DNA of 64,000 nucleotides. Source: a virus. Its lineage: Duplodnaviria > Caudoviricetes. Position numbers and translations under genes: made by a program. Each line of letters starts with the position of its first letter. Within the stretch, counting starts at the first letter, position 1. The notes under the pieces are model-generated. The model searched no databases and had not been told where the DNA came from. It was given only the letters and a program-made list of their open reading frames with translations. Shown here in pieces: positions 62,601 to 64,000 of the stretch. The stretch covers positions 1 through 64,000 of the IMG/VR virus record IMGVR_UViG_3300013308_000020. One strand, written 5' to 3'.

Positions 62601-64000
62601 TTTGAACTAATTCCCCAACTCCGTTTGTAGTATAAATACGAACTTTACTATTTTCACTTATTTTATTAATATCTGGATTTTCTCCATTAGTAAAGAAACC
62701 TTTAACAAATCTACTAATAGTATTGAGAACATCATAAGGTTTAGGTGCACCATATTTATAAGCAAGTTTTTGAGTATGAGCAATCCTACCTGAAGTAATA
62801 GGATTTAATACTGAAACTTTAAGTATACCTTTACTCTTATCTTCTGTAGTAAATGCACTTGAAGGATAAGTATCTCCTAAATCATCATTAAGAGCATCTT
62901 GTAATAAGATATATAGTTCATCTTGGTCTTTAACTCCTTTTGCAAGTTCCTTCTTAGATACTATACCTACTTCATGATATCTTCCTCTTTGACCTTCAAT
63001 AGGAGCTAAGATAGCAATGTAATATTCACCACTAGAAGTTTTAGCTTTTACATAATGAACTTCATCTCCAGGTTTAACTCCAGGACCATAACTACCATCT
63101 TTGTTTTTTCTTGCTACGGATGCACCTGTAGGATAGCCAATAGTATAAATATCTGTTCCTTGAGTAACTCCTAGAGGAGCAGCAGTTACTTGACCATTAC
63201 CCTCTTTCTCATTCATACCATCCTGATTATCAGGATTGTATTCAACTTCTACGTGATCTTCTTCTGATTTAAAATCGTCTTGAACTGCTTGTTCATCTTC
63301 AAGTGGTTCATCTATAGCAGGATCGGCAGTAGTAGCATTTTGTGCATGATATATACTAATAATATCATTTATCTCTTTGGATTTACTTCCAAAGATAGCT
63401 TGCTCTCTATCAGTTAATTTCTCATTATTGATAATCTTATCAGCAATACGATTTAATATTTCTTGAGAAACATTATCATTATCTACAAATTCTGCATAAT
63501 CGGCATCTGATATATCATCTGCAACAGTAGTAGCTTTCTCAGTATCAGGAGTTTTAGCTTCTTTAGGAGGTAAAAGATTATCCATTTTAATCAATTCTGC
63601 TTTGCGCTGTGCAATAAATTTAGCAGAACGGTCTTTATTTTGTTTCTCTTTTTCTTCCTTATTACTCTCAATAGTATCAGATAACTGATTATCTACATTG
63701 AAACCACCAATATAAATGTAATCTGTTGCTCTAGAAGTAGCAGTATACATTGCTGTATTATACTCTTGTACACTTCTATACTCATTGGTAAAAGGGATAT
63801 TAGTATATACCTCATTAATAGTTCTACCTTGAGCATCAGTATCAGTCATTACCTGAACATTGTCGATACCTGCTGCTTTCAACATAGCTTCATACTTAGC
63901 TACATCAGCATCATTACCAACAATAATAGCACGAGTACGACTTCTATCATCCTTACGGGCTAATAGAGTAGCCATTACATCTTTATCAAAATCTCTAAGA
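53650..64000 (-). CDS. Virion RNA polymerase polyprotein (two-barrel RNAP), >3440 aa, 5'-truncated by the window edge
   Basis: 'FRIPSTELHS...HGSDYDID' (56644-56658), 'DQIKR', 'ADAQG', 'NAALDNVKE'; zincin HEAFH; the frame stays open past ATG 63975 to 64000. Confidence 0.88.
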   Translation of the reverse strand, partial: LRDFDKDVMATLLARKDDRSRTRAIIVGNDADVAKYEAMLKAAGIDNVQVMTDTDAQGRTINEVYTNIPFTNEYRSVQEYNTAMYTATSRATDYIYIGGFNVDNQLSDTIESNKEEKEKQNKDRSAKFIAQRKAELIKMDNLLPPKEAKTPDTEKATTVADDISDADYAEFVDNDNVSQEILNRIADKIINNEKLTDREQAIFGSKSKEINDIISIYHAQNATTADPAIDEPLEDEQAVQDDFKSEEDHVEVEYNPDNQDGMNEKEGNGQVTAAPLGVTQGTDIYTIGYPTGASVARKNKDGSYGPGVKPGDEVHYVKAKTSSGEYYIAILAPIEGQRGRYHEVGIVSKKELAKGVKDQDELYILLQDALNDDLGDTYPSSAFTTEDKSKGILKVSVLNPITSGRIAHTQKLAYKYGAPKPYDVLNTISRFVKGFFTNGENPDINKISENSKVRIYTTNGVGELVQSYKDKGKEIPFTPQAGVPYLVLDNLTRSAKFSKQQFIRLTPAFLDENKHSKYTRPIKKLIAAIEEMDYFMEGIEFGTPQYSEIIKADDEYLLKIIGSVLPKVTTENFNDFLDARDKLHDLVYSKELERFKDSKDIKQNHHVKDTSDNKMFDGNARVVKLIEKDNKVTSAQVKASDGTIMIVPIENLERVAVEKRVAGPAQIALNAIAKANANPNGYPIRVYKKIPNRNGIGFTVESFAKGLLIEQGETFSLEQLKELMQFDGEGKSSLLHVPLDIKHFQENSESEGTSLANVSDYINDTFEEVASSAISIERPSARKEREVTKPAETQAAPKPAAPKAKSAAEVKEEELDKFLPRGKKLLIDVDDTIIKTSEAVEKLDFEHSSASKKQAFFFEKGIYEEQVDNMLAKVELTELGKLLLKRLADGSIKKGDIHIVTSGKGRVKYLSDLLGIPVAQILTGQSDKNKMDRAHKYGDTIIDDNRYITDNTKGSIHYDYTKNEISAIDETYKAEKAKEEEAIVNENVLTPAEIKAKKKADLAKAKNKQKFGNKRELLKERGTSLGHLVKNPYDLVRKIIPSIRKEDVKVVSEAVMLKLTDGRAAWGHFREGIIYLLEGAEGVYHKVIRHEAFHRIFNNHLTEAEREKLIKTARRINPALEHITPVRVEEWLAEQYQNWTTKRGVVSLALINGFKKILNWLGLYKANFDNIESLFDAMDAGLLDKEGEVVEDATRNLVKIREDYLTTDHYRKARDLVTSGMSNRLNATEWDDEEGALKKVNLNKDGSNMKEATPMPFEEAINDLREEFKYYLDLYTESIAETVEEGEQPDEDDIFSKELYTILNDPRKSKDLLREIYPTLYLGNKEFTENLAETDEEIAQEIEDAQTDGSIYEDIIESDRIDNESAVKRGVKDFLATIVDEGGNIVNPRMGYIKLLEGFVGVTTKDLGKMIEQIGLNFGPTKTSNRKVAAIYDKVVDLITTANDNSDANGKPLPTFDKIGYDFQNDDVFIFKNAMDKTSSVSRGKMTSVAFMKSIAAALEKEGYVVNNERLNLQYKRAVAKEVLTQIRQSIGSQRKKNVMIAVRATSQWDSQKKREFYGVSYRYVSVREQGAKQNMRAAVETAFMTKGPTIPDALKQRFLETADDSTEATTKNIEDLIHYLGLPKPTIVKGEEFNIHASLKNLFQQVEAVGKEETKTDIDDDGNEGVEKKVTFTWDQFLKDSNQRIENLTDLLVKDSEDLRPVSYISGDGKKRYEWTNSSFGVDTLIHLTKGFVENRPDFMESAVFRRNILMGNGKTKREKAAHNKIHSFVDHDSIKEKDNKYKPTPYKNETSEQWLHRNINYTFLSLIGNAKASKGFRYIQQFYTISNKPAPYSAELNLKKSSEIKDVIYQAVMQEVERPYQDAQNYGKNYNKSYLAGLTEADITELRDLQEYEAMDISGKESQFNKLLETKIDKVFAAIEKKSERLVDKLIDAKFVLDYDVHKTQNKLLAHIDDKYKTADGKALLEEHTLPESLQSIKNKEYQLTKEQLLPLMDLWMKNNYMNGHFLNQLVMGDQAFYKNPADQIKRMSIAFAMGYSGMVNNEGFMKEKFTVAVAKKIMFGITEKQFKKHQAFYGKTGEAADAQGYHTPERGLDIRKGFGKEMALGAIMKPVYWALNKLGVPQGMKYSTIELSDALLYNKDGSERFPELVRLRQEMYDKKVDEYVFISAFKIGAPENLTGHGINEENVYTDAQGKKQKGIDPRSIVELDNSNWRIQLNPVHTLEGETAHPTQITYFVDIDGKNSKAANELFKLNAKLIRRGLNRMNQKLGGGNGNASKLRKFFLDSLGATDARLYDFMSAKDKDGNYLLSLNFPTVVNKVVTQIASTVSKATVQVKYDGTKLPLQADFGIKYIDESGKEKSSRRLKIRTETTVDGKKVQYAEVLMDNIYKDQFQMGDILFESALAFRIPSTELHSALPIKIVGFYDGKGTNVVIAPRELTILHGSDYDIDALFIMRRTPYLPKQGEKESKADYAQRANYKDLLMHGAIIGRKLDGEKIPKFIPRMEKEIKDLKERKKILDKKDDKEEIRRINKYINLLDGALDSAIKNEIVDKFLEVVTARRNEERMMTPISMDRLNDLEDNESVFSKLKAIGVTVEKEYDLNDPIDQMQIHQDNFSGTAIVGAIADLVRGLSYTLQSYKPDFDTRIKIIKRFKTPEKVEAFNKAMDIYNKAVTQSNKGEITYEEFRATAEAAFKEVEDEFNIVYDTPYVSETKTLAFDGKVYNKLTIKESGKKQKNGKPFNVSDTFDALINAALDNVKEQILPIIKLTNNTGKAYFGMLAVGMPLVATSKHFLTPVIKNLADARNMKLAQSESVKVLNALIAEKAGNITPEALDAVKDNVKLDEEALDNLIKKGNEEDFSIDKLTIEELIVQQKALTNFINGNSNGEDIGQVAKATKILKQFPVAQEEIQDLVDLFDDLKAAKDGLLGTINIMSLPHIKEAHHSLIKVSSIVNNQFYKHREELNKVAEAAIRHTGIRLDSNINKNKRMIRDEIMRMFLSGLSYVSDGITVNFNTSNATFKQFALNKKNEQIPLEGAKDLVGLNAFNQSFVEEVRAAQKANPANKFLSKIRIAPQLGVGKNMYQVEYNTTAAMEQAEIQDLQKAFNELKVDGKFTPFMHNFVKYAALNQGLSFGLSSYSLLLPAEVYADFDTAMNKFFNTLLSPTEARKPEIVEKRFKNLNEYFAAKFAKQFPSKLATNKEFVKKPGTIYPEQGFDILPNGERVNYELKYEYEKASETTQAVPDGDNKDEATVSLDEKQGEPTTQVADAAAPNDNDPTLTKEIKINGFPDFLSYYEKSYVRVPSKEGDPYVYYQYLAREEKGSKQGYEFDKNVMFFGYSLADAFKRDVKARSVPKANDQSEYSGDPKYNHFELEDTITLRTLNDSERLNAFDYTIKSITYTRGSKILEDREGADKVTYGLDNGRKVINFNREELSETDIVDLDELCK

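Noticed and set aside
1-64000. Stop-codon reassignment (TAG or TGA) as in some crAss-like phages
   Set aside because: Large genes on both strands are intact in code 11, TAG and TGA end genes at coupled junctions, and no canonical suppressor tRNA is present.
1-64000. CRISPR array, DGR/reverse transcriptase, integrase
   Set aside because: No regularly spaced short repeat-spacer array, RT motif or recombinase motif was seen.

Overview
A 64-kb segment of an AT-rich crAss-like (Crassvirales-type) podophage with Bacteroidota-type promoters, read in the standard genetic code. It has three blocks. (1) 1-17.7 kb, minus strand: capsid-associated genes, major capsid protein, scaffold-like protein, portal, large terminase, IHF/HU-like gene, an Acb2-like ORF, many small ORFs and a RepL-like initiator. 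(2) 18.2-49.3 kb, plus strand: small early ORFs (some lipoproteins or secreted), GroES, two aberrant tRNA-like elements, HNH, 3D-domain protein, PolB, SF2 helicase, DnaB, RecT-like, SSB-like, primase, nucleases, ATP-dependent ligase, a degenerate UDG, DUF932 and a MazG-like pyrophosphatase. (3) 49.4-64 kb, minus strand: two giant putative ejected virion proteins. One is a zincin + RecB-type nuclease protein. The other is the virion RNA polymerase polyprotein (DYDID), which also carries SF1-helicase, HAD-phosphatase and zincin motifs. The divergent 17.7-18.2 kb gap holds two DnaA boxes and a GC-rich hairpin. The strongest unexplained signal is a ~20-bp asymmetric motif (pyrimidine tract + TTTMTAGCTGA) found 10 times. 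Its plus-strand copies recur mostly every 7-9 kb regardless of gene orientation. Other notable observations: a Tyr-to-His change at the PolB steric gate, anticodon-arm-defective tRNA mimics, a pseudoknotted RNA behind a host promoter, and an antisense mini-gene just upstream of the terminase. All protein calls come from motif recognition and synteny by eye; no database searches were run.
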